Positions 1-10,100 of a stretch of 58,995 nt of DNA are shown piece after piece. The stretch spans positions 1-58,995 of the IMG/VR virus record IMGVR_UViG_3300025536_000017. The stretch is one strand, 5' to 3'. Positions within the stretch are counted from its first letter, which is position 1, and each line of letters starts with the position of its first letter. The notes under the pieces were generated by a model. The model was not told the DNA's origin, searched no databases, and was given only the letters and a program-made list of their open reading frames with translations. A program made the translations under genes and the position numbers. Origin of the DNA: a virus (lineage: Duplodnaviria > Caudoviricetes).

Positions 1-216
1 CAGGCGACCACCGAGATCGCCTTCGTTCCAACGCAGACGGACCCAATAGCCGGTCTGCTCGGGAACTTCCCCGACGACATTAAGGAACCAAGAGCCGCTG
101 GAGTTAGGCCAGCGACCAGTTGTGGCGATGTTTCCGTCAACGTCGGTGAACCCGAGCGCCTGAGCGGCAGCTTGGAACGTAGCGAGGTTAGGCGCATTGC
201 CGATGAAGTCGGTCAT
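1..216 (-). CDS. Hypothetical protein (partial, runs off window edge)
   Basis: ATG at 216 overlaps the upstream TAA (TAATG); reads MTDFIGNAPNLATFQAAAQALGF... open to position 1. Confidence 0.6.
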   Translation of the reverse strand, partial: MTDFIGNAPNLATFQAAAQALGFTDVDGNIATTGRWPNSSGSWFLNVVGEVPEQTGYWVRLRWNEGDLGGRL

Positions 217-1639
217 TAGTAGCTCCCATCAACTGTGAGTTTCGAAGCGAGTTGGGCGTCGCTGAGGTTCTGGTTGTAGAAGGCGAGGGATTGGACCAGC
301 ATGAAGTTAATACCAGTAGTTCCATTAGTAGAGCCAAGCCACTGGTTTGCACTAAGGGTTTGTGCAGTAGCGCTACTCTGTAAGGCGCCTCCTGTGAGTT
401 GAAGCCTCCGACTAGGTGTCAAAGTATCCCACGCAAAAGCGGCACGCTTAAATGCTCCGACTGTGCTAACACCAGAAACCAATGATGTCGCCCCATTATG
501 TGACGCAACTTGATTGGTAGAACTTGAAAGTAGGGTCTGATCATTAAGATTGTCTCCACTAACAATAGCCAGATTTCCAGCCGGAATAGCGATTGTTTTC
601 GCCTGAACAATCACAGCCCCATAATCGCTACCAAATACCGACAGGGCTGCTCCAGCGATCTGACAAATATCGCTTGCGCGGGCGACGGCGGCGGTCGTAA
701 CCCAGATTGGCGAGGAAGAGAAGATTCCATTCTCATTCTGGACAAAATCAATCGCAATAGCGTCTCCGCTTGTGGCTAGCCTAAAGCCCCAAGCCGGATT
801 AGCGATCGTCTGCGTCGGGATTGAAACTTTCGTCCAGTTGCTGGTGACAGTAATAGCTGTCCACGTAGTCCCGTTATCCATGGTCATTTCGACCACGCTT
901 GAACCTGTGATGCGCTTGACATAGGCGGATTGAGCGCGGGTAATCGATACCTGTGTGAGGGACTGGATGATGGTCCCATTATTAGCCGTTGCTGTGATCT
1001 TCGACGCCGAGTTTGCTACACCGTCAATGCCGGTTTGGTCTTTAAGAGGCGTGATGTTGGTATTTGTCCATACCGCGTTTGTTAGATCGCGGTTCCATCT
1101 AACATAATTAGTCTTAGCTCCCTCAAGCAGCAACCCAAGCGGAGCGAGCGTCGCCGGGTCATAGTCGAAGCGTGGGCCGTAGTAAGCGGCGGAAGTCGTG
1201 GGGTTGTAGGTGCGCGGGGTAGTTTCGTAGGTGACGCGCTCAATCTGAGCTAATGTAACACTACCACTGACAGTGAGAGTTAGCGTCCCGGCTGTCGGGT
1301 AAACTTTAAATAAACCCTATCTCCTACTCCAGTCCCCACAAGAGGGCCATCAGTAGACGTTCCCGATAGAGTAATAGTTCCTGTGCCAGTGAAGGAGACA
1401 ATGTAGTTGGTGACAATTGTCGTAATGTTCTGCGTCGAGAGTGTATCTGAATTGAGAAGGAGATTCTCAGGAGCCCACGTCAGCTTCCCCGTGCTGTCGA
1501 ACATCATCGCGCCACCAGCGCGGGAATGCGTCAGGAAGGATGGGAGCGCTGTTGAGCCGAGCAGCAACGCCATGGCGGCCGGGCCGGCGCGCTTATGCAC
1601 AGCCGCGAACCATGGTGATGCTCCCAATCCAAGAGACAT
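216..1639 (-). CDS. Head-spike fibre-like protein (RcGTA GhsB-like), split by a -1 frameshift near 1297-1310
   Basis: ORF 1280..1639 starts MSLGLG; the -1 frame is open from about 1300 into ORF 216..1133 and contains PRFDYDPATLAPLGLLLEGAKTN, typical of head-spike fibre/LamG-like proteins; follows a spike-base gene. Confidence 0.7.
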
Positions 1640-1648
1640 GCGCGTTCC

Positions 1649-1915
1649 TCAGTAATAAGGCCAAATGTCGTCGGCCGTGCCGCCGGTTTTCACGATCTTG
1701 ATGTTGCGAAGCGGGTTGTATCCCTGCTGTAGCGGCACGTTCTCTCGCGTGTTATCATCTGTGTCGATGAGATTTACGGTCCCTGCCGTTCCGACAAGAA
1801 ATCCTCGCGGAGCGCCTTCAGGTATAAGATTACTGTCGTTTTTCGTGATCTTCGCTCCCAAACGACCTGGGCTATCATATTGAATCGGATATTCAGCGAA
1901 CTCGCCCTTGGCCAT
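1649..1915 (-). CDS. Head-spike base protein (RcGTA Rcc01079/GhsA-like)
   Basis: 88 aa with SP..., RG.LVGTAGTV, PLR..K.V..GGTA..I...Y pattern of the spike-base family; AGGAG RBS. Confidence 0.75.
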   Translation of the reverse strand: MAKGEFAEYPIQYDSPGRLGAKITKNDSNLIPEGAPRGFLVGTAGTVNLIDTDDNTRENVPLQQGYNPLRNIKIVKTGGTADDIWPYY

Positions 1916-1971
1916 CGTCTTTCTCCTACTTTAGAATTTCAGGCTTCAAGCCAATTCCCGCAAGCCAGTGG

Positions 1972-2241
1972 TTAGTTATCTTCAGTCGGACGCCTTAACC
2001 GCTCTTTGGATATCTGCATCCAGACCAAGATAGTTTTTGATGCAACGAAAATCGCGGCGAGTGGCGGTCCGAGCCAAATAGCGGCGCTGTTAATCCCGTG
2101 AAGATAATCCGCCAAGACCGGCGCGCTCGTCAGACCACCGGCGGCAACCCAGGCGAGCTTGTCGGATGTGGTTTGAAACATGCTATCCACGATCATTCTG
2201 GAGAGGCTGTGACAAGTCGACGTTGGCATTGTGTGGCTCAT
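1972..2241 (-). CDS. Putative holin
   Basis: Small protein with hydrophobic segments and a basic C-terminus, coupled (ATGA) to the end of the lysis cassette; true start may be 2196 or 2181. Confidence 0.5.
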   Translation of the reverse strand: MSHTMPTSTCHSLSRMIVDSMFQTTSDKLAWVAAGGLTSAPVLADYLHGINSAAIWLGPPLAAIFVASKTILVWMQISKERLRRPTEDN

Positions 2242-2624
2242 TTATCAGTTGCGGGAGCGCCGAATAGACCGGCGATCGGGTTGATAAATGTTGACTCAAT
2301 GGGAGCTGGTTCTTCCGGCTCTTTTGGCGACTCCGGTAACGCCTGACCAGCAAGCCTGGCGTCCCGATTCCTACGCCAAGCGATCAGCGCGCCGTGTCGC
2401 GCCCCGCATTCGACCAGGGAAACGCGATCGCGTCCCCAATGGCGCTCTACAGCCCCGGCACTCAATGGCTTGCTGGTGAGTCGCACAGGCGCGGCGCACG
2501 GCCTTTCCAGCCCGGTGGTAGGTTGCGCGGCGGGCGTGGCCAGCTCACTTGGCCTTTTTGCGTCGAGCGCCGATTTTGTCGAGGCGCATGACGCCAGCAG
2601 CATCGATGCAAGGACTATGGTCAT
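2238..2624 (-). CDS. o-spanin (Rz1-like lipoprotein)
   Basis: MTIVLASMLLASC lipobox, Pro-rich, two further Cys; overlaps the 3' end of the i-spanin in another frame. Confidence 0.75.
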   Translation of the reverse strand: MTIVLASMLLASCASTKSALDAKRPSELATPAAQPTTGLERPCAAPVRLTSKPLSAGAVERHWGRDRVSLVECGARHGALIAWRRNRDARLAGQALPESPKEPEEPAPIESTFINPIAGLFGAPATDK

Positions 2625-3027
2625 TGGCCTTCGAAGCATCCTCGATCTCCCGCTGGAACCTTGCGTGTTCTTCCTGCTGCGATTTAAGCGCGATCTCCGC
2701 CAGCTCGGCCTCGCGGCGCGCTTTGGCGATCTCGTCATTGCGCCGTGCGTGCTCGATAAGCCCCAGGCGCACGCGCTCATTCTCGGCTACCGCCCATGCC
2801 TCGCGATCGATCGCCGCGCGATGAGAGTAGCCCCAATCAAAGCAGCCAAGGGCAACGGCGGCGACAAGCAGCAATTTCGCCGTCTGCGCGCCGACGGCCG
2901 GCAGATAGGCCCACGCAGCAACAGCAGCGACTAGCAACAAAACGGCGATCGATCCGTAGCGATGATCGCCGATGAAATGAAACAGCGGCAGGAGCGGCGC
3001 AAAAATCTTGGTGAGAAGCCAGATCAT
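2545..3027 (-). CDS. i-spanin (Rz-like)
   Basis: N-terminal TM segments, then a coiled coil and C-terminal Cys; directly after the endolysin. Confidence 0.75.
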   Translation of the reverse strand: MIWLLTKIFAPLLPLFHFIGDHRYGSIAVLLLVAAVAAWAYLPAVGAQTAKLLLVAAVALGCFDWGYSHRAAIDREAWAVAENERVRLGLIEHARRNDEIAKARREAELAEIALKSQQEEHARFQREIEDASKANDHSPCIDAAGVMRLDKIGARRKKAK

Positions 3028-3905
3028 TGCGCTTCCTCAAAGGCACCGCCAGCATCGTCTTCGAAGATCGCAAGCGCCTCATTCGTATCTTCTACCTTAG
3101 CGCGCGTGATGCGCCTCGCGCCGTCCCATGCGCGCCAGATGAAGTAGGCGCAGGCGCACACGAGAATCGCGATCACGATCCATTCCCAATGCGTCGTCAG
3201 CGTCGCCCACATGTCGGGAGCGGCCTGCGCCGCGTCGTGAATGTTCTTGGCCTGCTCTGCCGCGTCGCTCACCCTGGAAATGACATCGGACGGATCAACG
3301 CCTTTGTCGATAGCCGCCGTAACACCTACGCCAACGCCAGTTGTAATACCGCCAATGACACCTTTTTTGACATCGTCCGCCCCCGCCATCGTGTTCGAGC
3401 CGGCATTGCGAATGTCCTTTGCGGTCAGTTTATCTGGCGCGCCAGCCTCGCGCTTGCGCTCCGCGATCTGCGCATAGGTGGCTTGGATGAATTGCTGTTG
3501 CTCGCTACGTCGCCGTCCGATGATCGCTGGCGGCTTCTTGTAAAGCATAATCGCCCGTGCAGCGCCGGCGTAGTCGCGCTTATTTAGACACTTAACGATC
3601 GTTGATTTCGGCGACAATGCAACTTCGACATTGAAGCAAATCGACACGAGCGCATCAAATTGGCCCTGAGTCAGAGGCACACGCACATTGCGATTAACGA
3701 TGTTTTCATAGCGCACGAGATCGCGCGTGAAAATTTCTATCGCCTCTGCGCGCGTAATAGTCATGCCGGCGACAGGATGCGGTAGACCGGCGTTCTTGGT
3801 GTGACCAACGCCAATAGTCCACACGCCGACAGAATCCTTATAGGCCGTCGTTTTAAGGCCCTCGCGCTGGATTAGCTTCGCGCGGCCGTCAGCGCTCATT
3901 TTCAT
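3024..3905 (-). CDS. Endolysin, GH24 (T4-like) lysozyme with C-terminal hydrophobic extension
   Basis: E-x8-D-x5-T triad (EGLKTTAYKDSVGVWT), TIGVGH, QFDALVS..FN, RRRSE. Confidence 0.9.
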   Translation of the reverse strand: MKMSADGRAKLIQREGLKTTAYKDSVGVWTIGVGHTKNAGLPHPVAGMTITRAEAIEIFTRDLVRYENIVNRNVRVPLTQGQFDALVSICFNVEVALSPKSTIVKCLNKRDYAGAARAIMLYKKPPAIIGRRRSEQQQFIQATYAQIAERKREAGAPDKLTAKDIRNAGSNTMAGADDVKKGVIGGITTGVGVGVTAAIDKGVDPSDVISRVSDAAEQAKNIHDAAQAAPDMWATLTTHWEWIVIAILVCACAYFIWRAWDGARRITRAKVEDTNEALAIFEDDAGGAFEEAQ

Positions 3906-4141
3906 CCGAACACCTGCTCAATAAATGAAGGGAGCTCGTCACCGTAGCAACGAGCGCCCCATAATGGGGCTAAGCCAGCGCGCCCGCCCGATCGCCAATA
4001 AGCACGTTCTCTCAGGCGGGCAGCGTCGTCATGCCGGCGTTTGCTGATTTTCTGATTCGGAAAATCGACATGTGCGGCAGCGACAAACCCGAGATAAAAC
4101 ATGCAAATAGCGACCATTTGGCGCACGGCGAGAGCCTCCAT
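3902..4141 (-). CDS. Small hypothetical membrane protein upstream of the endolysin
   Basis: 79 aa, N-terminal hydrophobic stretch, stop overlaps the endolysin ATG (ATGA). Confidence 0.45.
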   Translation of the reverse strand: MEALAVRQMVAICMFYLGFVAAAHVDFPNQKISKRRHDDAARLRERAYWRSGGRAGLAPLWGARCYGDELPSFIEQVFG

Positions 4142-4177
4142 TCGCCGAGCATAGCATCAGAGAAATCTGACGAGCAA

Positions 4178-7100
4178 TCAGTAAATCGTGCCGGATGTTG
4201 TTTCCTTGATAAGCGGCGCGAGTTTTGGGTTGAGATCGACGCCAAATTCCATGCGCCTACTGCGCGCATTTCTAGCCTTTACAGACTGAGTAATCGTCTT
4301 CCCGGTAATTCTGAATGACGGATATTTTTCATTGAAGGCGTCAACCTTACGACGCGCTGCGTCATCATCGCCTTGTCCCATGCGCGCTCTCGCCGCAGCA
4401 GCGAGAGCTTGTGAGCGCTCATTGGTGATGCGGCGCTGCTTGTTTCGCTGAGAATTGTTGCGGTCCATGCGCTCTTTGATCTGCGCTGGGCCTAACCCCA
4501 TAGCTTGCTTTATAATGTCTTCGATTGGAACATACTCGACGATCGGATTGCCGTCCTTGTCGGTTACGCCTTGCGCAGCATAGCGATATGCCTTCAGGAG
4601 ATTGCGGATGAATGCTGGAGCGACTCTTTCTCCAAGCCGCACGTCCTTTCCTTCGGCATAATCATTCGCGGCAACAAAACCTTGATGTAAGATACCAACT
4701 CCTGGGCCGCCGAGTTGGTCAATCAAATACATCCATTTCTGGTCTGGATTCATGTCGCGATCAACGCTTCGGAACCACATATCCGCCATGCCGATTCGAT
4801 CCGAAAGCGCCGTCCCTGTCACGTATCCCGGAACGCCATCAAGCAGCATTCCCGCAACCGCTAGAGAAAGCATGTTGTCGCCGGCCGCGTCTACGATCGC
4901 CTTGCGCAGCTTTTCATCAAGATCATCGTCATCTCCACCCGCAAGACCATAAAGGAAGCTCGCAATCGCCATAACCGTTGAATATGCGAACATTCCCCTA
5001 ACGCCAGCCATAGGTAGCGACATTAGAACCATCGTCGTGAAGCGACCTAGCGCCATCTTTCTTTCTTCTGGCGTCGCTCCTTTGATCGATTGATTAAAGT
5101 CCCAAAATGCACGGAAAAGCACATTCGCCTGATAGCTCTTTAGCGCAAATGCAACGCGAGCAAGATTACCGCGCATAAATCGTGGTTTGGCGCTTGATTG
5201 CGTTTCGTAATGCGTTGCAAACGTCAGATCGGACGCTTTCACGAAAGCATTTGCGTCATTCATTCCGGCCTTCTTGGCAAGGCGGAATGCCGCAAGGAAT
5301 GTCACTTCTCGGTTGAAGCGCTCCGTGTGGTGCATTGGAAGGCCAGCGACCTTCATTACAGATTGCCACATTGGGCTGTAGCCAACGCCGCTTTCTGCAA
5401 TCGCGGCAAGTTCGTGCGCCTGCGTTCTATCGATGACGCCGCTATCATATCCCTTGGCGATAGCATCGCGCTCAGCATCGGTAAGATTCGACGAGTCTGA
5501 AATCCTTCCCTTACCGCGCATGAAGTCGGCGGTCGCCTTAGCGAGTTCGCTAGCGGCGTTTTTGATGCCGGCATTGGTTTCCAGATCAAATGCGAGAATG
5601 CCAAGTCCCTTGCTGATGGTCTGATCGATGTTGACCAAGGCGCTAGATAAATTGAAAGCCATCGTCCAAAGGAACGACATACTCGATGCGTTATATGACC
5701 AAGCCTTGCCGTCAGGATTCATTGCATATTCGTGCGCAAAGTTCATTTCATTGTGCAGAGCTGCGGCGCGCTTCTTATCTGGCGCATCCTTAGCCTCTCT
5801 GGCAATATTTTCCATGTGCTCAGTTAGGTCGAGTCCATATTTGAGTCTGGCCATCTGATGGCCAGCATGAAACATCTGCTTGGCGAACGCGCGCATCGCA
5901 TCCTTGTTGAATCCGGCTGTTCCCTTACGATGAATGCTATGCTTACGGATCGACAAGTCAGGGAGCGTTCGCAGATAGCTCTGCCAGATTTGATCGCGGA
6001 CGCCATCGCCGATATTGTTGTCGGTAAGGATGTCGTCCAGCCCAACGATAAAGTTGGGGTCAATCTGGTCCTTCCATTCCTTGTCGTTGAGATCGTGGCC
6101 CTCGCTAACGTCAAGATTCGGGTCGGCGCTCATTTCCTTTGCAAATTTGCTAGACTCCGACGACCTCTCGAACTTAGAGAACGACACGATAGCTTTCGAC
6201 GCCTTGTCGCGCACAATGACGTAATAGCTACCAAAGCGAGCGAGCGGGAAATATGGCTCCTGAATCTTGTTGCTCTCGAATTGCTGGCGAAGGCGACGAA
6301 GACGTGCGCCTTTAGTGCGATTAGCTCGTCCGCGAACGCTACTGAGCTTCTTATCGGCAGCATCTATCGCTCTTTCGCGCTCATCACCCTCAAGTCCGTC
6401 GTCATTAATTCTCTGCATTTCATCAGCATGTGCGCGCTCAGCCCTCGTAATTGCAGCCTGCATCGCGCGGGCAACATTGTCGATCACAAGCTCCTGAGCC
6501 TCGTCATACATTTTCTTGTAGTAGTCACGCACCTCTCGATAAAGCTCCTGCGCAATCTGCGGCATGGCGTCGTAACGCTTCTTTAGATCACCATAGGCTG
6601 CGCGCCGCGTTTGGTCTCGCGCTTGGCGCTCGGCCGCAATCTGATATTGCCTCGATGACGGGTCAGCATCAGCAAGCGCTTCATGATCTCCCGGCGTCAT
6701 GATCTGCTTAAATGGCATGCTAGGATCAACGCCTACAAGCGTCGTTTCGTGCATCATGTCCATAAGATTTTTGTTCGCATCGCGGTTTGCGCGACGCGGC
6801 GTTGCGCCTTGAATCTTGACCTTGTTTGCCCATTTGAACCACTTCTGCAAAATGGCGTCTGTCGATATCGCCATATCATTGCGCATCGTATCCATAAGGC
6901 CCTTGGTCGCAAGATACCTACGCGCAGATGGCAACCCCTTCGCCATTTCGAGAAACAGCGGTCGAACAGGAACGAAAGCCAAAATACTGCGCGACGGCTC
7001 GGCAAACTTCGATCCGGTCATGAAGTCTGTGATGTGATCCGACATCCAATTTCGTGCGCTCTCAACATGTCCCTTCGCGTCATTGGCGAGCGAGAAGCGG

Positions 7101-10100
7101 TAGCCGCCAGAGCCGCCATCGGTCGGCGGGGATGGCATATTAGCGTCGCGGAGCGCCGCAAGCGCGAGCGCGCGGACCTCGCCAGGAGTGACCGCGCCGA
7201 ACTGCCGCCCGAAGAAGCGCAGCGCCCATGCCTTCACAGCGCCAAGGATGTTGTCGACGATCTCCCGAATGCCCGCAGGAGCCTGCTCACGGTTCTCAAT
7301 GGCGTAGGCGGCCACTTCCTCCGCCGACGGCGCTCCCGCCTCTCCAGCCCGCCTTAGAGCCTCCGCCCACCATCCAGACTTGTCGCCCCTGTCGATCGCG
7401 GCCTCGGTCGCGCCCTGGATGCGGCCAAGCAGCGCCTCAAACTGACGAGAGCCAATCAGCGGCTCGACCGCAGAGTGAAATGCCTCGTGAAGCAGAACGG
7501 CGCGAGCGTTCGCTGGCGTCAAATTGGCGGCAACAAGATGAATGACACCATCTGGCGTCGTTACACCCTGAATCCGCATGCCATCTGGTGCCGATGGCGC
7601 TCCGGCTGGAATTGTGCTCGCGTCGTCGTGAATCACGACGCGGCCGGAGCTTATTGCGCTATCAATAATGTCGCTGTCTTTACCGACAGACATGCGCTTT
7701 TTCAGCGCCGCTGCCGTCATTCCGAGATTGCCAGAACCCATGGACGCCTTTGGCGCGTCCTGCTCGATGACGCCGCGAGCGGCACTTTGCTCTTTCGTCG
7801 TCTCGAAAATAGCGTCCACAGACATGAGCGCTTCGACGAGACGTTGCGCAAGCGCTCTGTCGTCAATCCTCGCGACCATCATTCCTTGGCGTTTTTCCCA
7901 TGAATCATAAACCGCGCGAACACGGTGATCGGCGTAATATTTGCCGCCAGTCCTCTTTGATCCCATGGCCGTGAAGATGTAGCCATGATAGCTCTTGTTT
8001 ACAGAAACTATACCATCAGATGATTTGAGCGATGGTTGATGCGCTACATCAAGAAACTTCATGACTTGCGATCCGGTTTTGAACCTAACCGACATTTTTG
8101 CCATAAAGTCTTTCGGAGCGAACTTGCGACCCATGAGGATAGCCGGCCGAACGCTTCCATCCTCCATAGAGTGGTTGATAATCTGGCCGCCGCCCTTCAC
8201 CTGATCGAACGCCGCAAGAATGTTGCCTGTGAACATATAGCGAGTCTCGCGACCCTCGGCGCGCGCCTTCTCGAATTGTTCGGCGATCTGCTCCTGCGTA
8301 ATGCGCATGCCGCCGGAATTTCTCTGCACAAGAGAAGCGCCAGCCTTTGCTGTTGTATCGTTCTCTGTCTTCAACCACGTAAACGACTGCTGAACCGTGC
8401 GGCGACTATCTGGAAGCGCAAACACAGCCGCCCATTTTGAAAGAGCAATGGGGCTACCAGACTTTCCGCCAACATCCCTGACATCCAAAACAATCGCCGG
8501 AGTCATCTCACCGTCATCAAGTTCGATATGAACGATTTGGCCTGGAGAAAGAATGTCGACAAGCGAGCGCCAACGGCGCATGTTGTTTTCAAATTCCTCC
8601 CTGTGGCGCTGCTTCGCGCCATCATCCTTAAGAAGGCTCCAAACCGTATTGTTGTATGCCCTAGCGCTCTCTGTGATTTTTTCAATTCTCTCGCTTGTCT
8701 CTTTTCGAGCCTCATCGGCCATATCAGATAGATTGTCGCTGGTCACGCGCGCAGCCGGCGACCATTTCTTAATCTGCTCGACGATATCGCCAATCGTCAT
8801 GGCGCGACCTTGCGACTTGACCGATACCTTTTCGAGATTCACGGCGCTCTCAAATGGCGACAGACCTGTTCCGGGCTTCGTCACCTGAGATTCAAGCGTG
8901 CGCGCCTGTAGATCGACGTATTTTGCCTCAAGATCGTTCTTGCCTTCGGCGTCAAGTTTTTCAATGAGCGCCTTATAGCGACCAACGATATTGTCAATGA
9001 ACTCTTGCTGCTCCGCTGGCTCAAGAAGTGTCAGACGACCCGTGACCTTGGCGGCATATCCATGCGGAATTTCATCGCCTGGAATTTCGACATTCAAAAG
9101 GTCAGCGATATCGGCGCTCTCGTTCAAAACATCGGCAACAACATCATCGCCATACTTATTCATGAAGTCCACGGCGTCGGCCGAGAACTTGCTTTTCGCT
9201 GAGCCTGTCGTGTTGGCGTTAAGCGACGCCATTTTGCGCATTAGAACTGCGGTAGGACGCACGGTCGCAGGAATATCGGCGACAAGTTGCGAATAATTTG
9301 GCGTGACTACCTGTCCGGTGCGATGCACGCGGCCGAGCATCTGCATGTGCGTGTCGATATTTGGGTCCGCCTCGACAAGAATCATGCGACGACGGCGCTT
9401 GTCCTTCACCTTCGGGTCTTTCGAGGCGTGCATTGATACGCCGGTAGAGCCAGACCTGTTCAAGATAAGCACGTCAAGTTCGCCATTATTGAACTTGCGA
9501 ATGCTCACCTTCTTGCCGGCCGGTCCGCGCTCGGTCTTCGGGCGCTGCGAAAGCGTTGCTGACTTTTGCGAGTAATCAAGCATGATGTCACGGCCAGTGA
9601 CCTCAGCTACCGAGTATCCTGCCTTTTGTATTTCGTTGCGAATTGCGTCGATTGGCGAAATCGGAAGATCGCCAAGGTTTAATTGATTCAGGAAGCTCAT
9701 AGCCTCATTGTATTTGGCGACAGTCTCCGGGTCCATTTGATTGAAGTCGATCATAATTCGATGCTTCGTTTCCTTATCGATCTTCACGGTAATGCGGCGA
9801 GTCCGCTCCAGATACCGCTTGAGCATATCGACAAAGGAAAGATCGACAATATCGCCGACCTTCAAACCTTCCGAATCCACAAAGTCAGAAAGAAACGCCT
9901 CGTTAGTTTTTGACAGCGCAATAACCGGGCGCTCGCCGGCTTTGATGGCTGCAATAGCGCGCTTTCCGGCCTCTTGCGACGTAATCGACAAAATCATCTG
10001 CCCAATGATGTTGTGCATGACTGATGAAAATGTCGTAGAAGAAGCCCCGCCTTCACCTACGCTTCCGTCTCTCTGACTACCGGCTCCCATCTCTGCGGCG

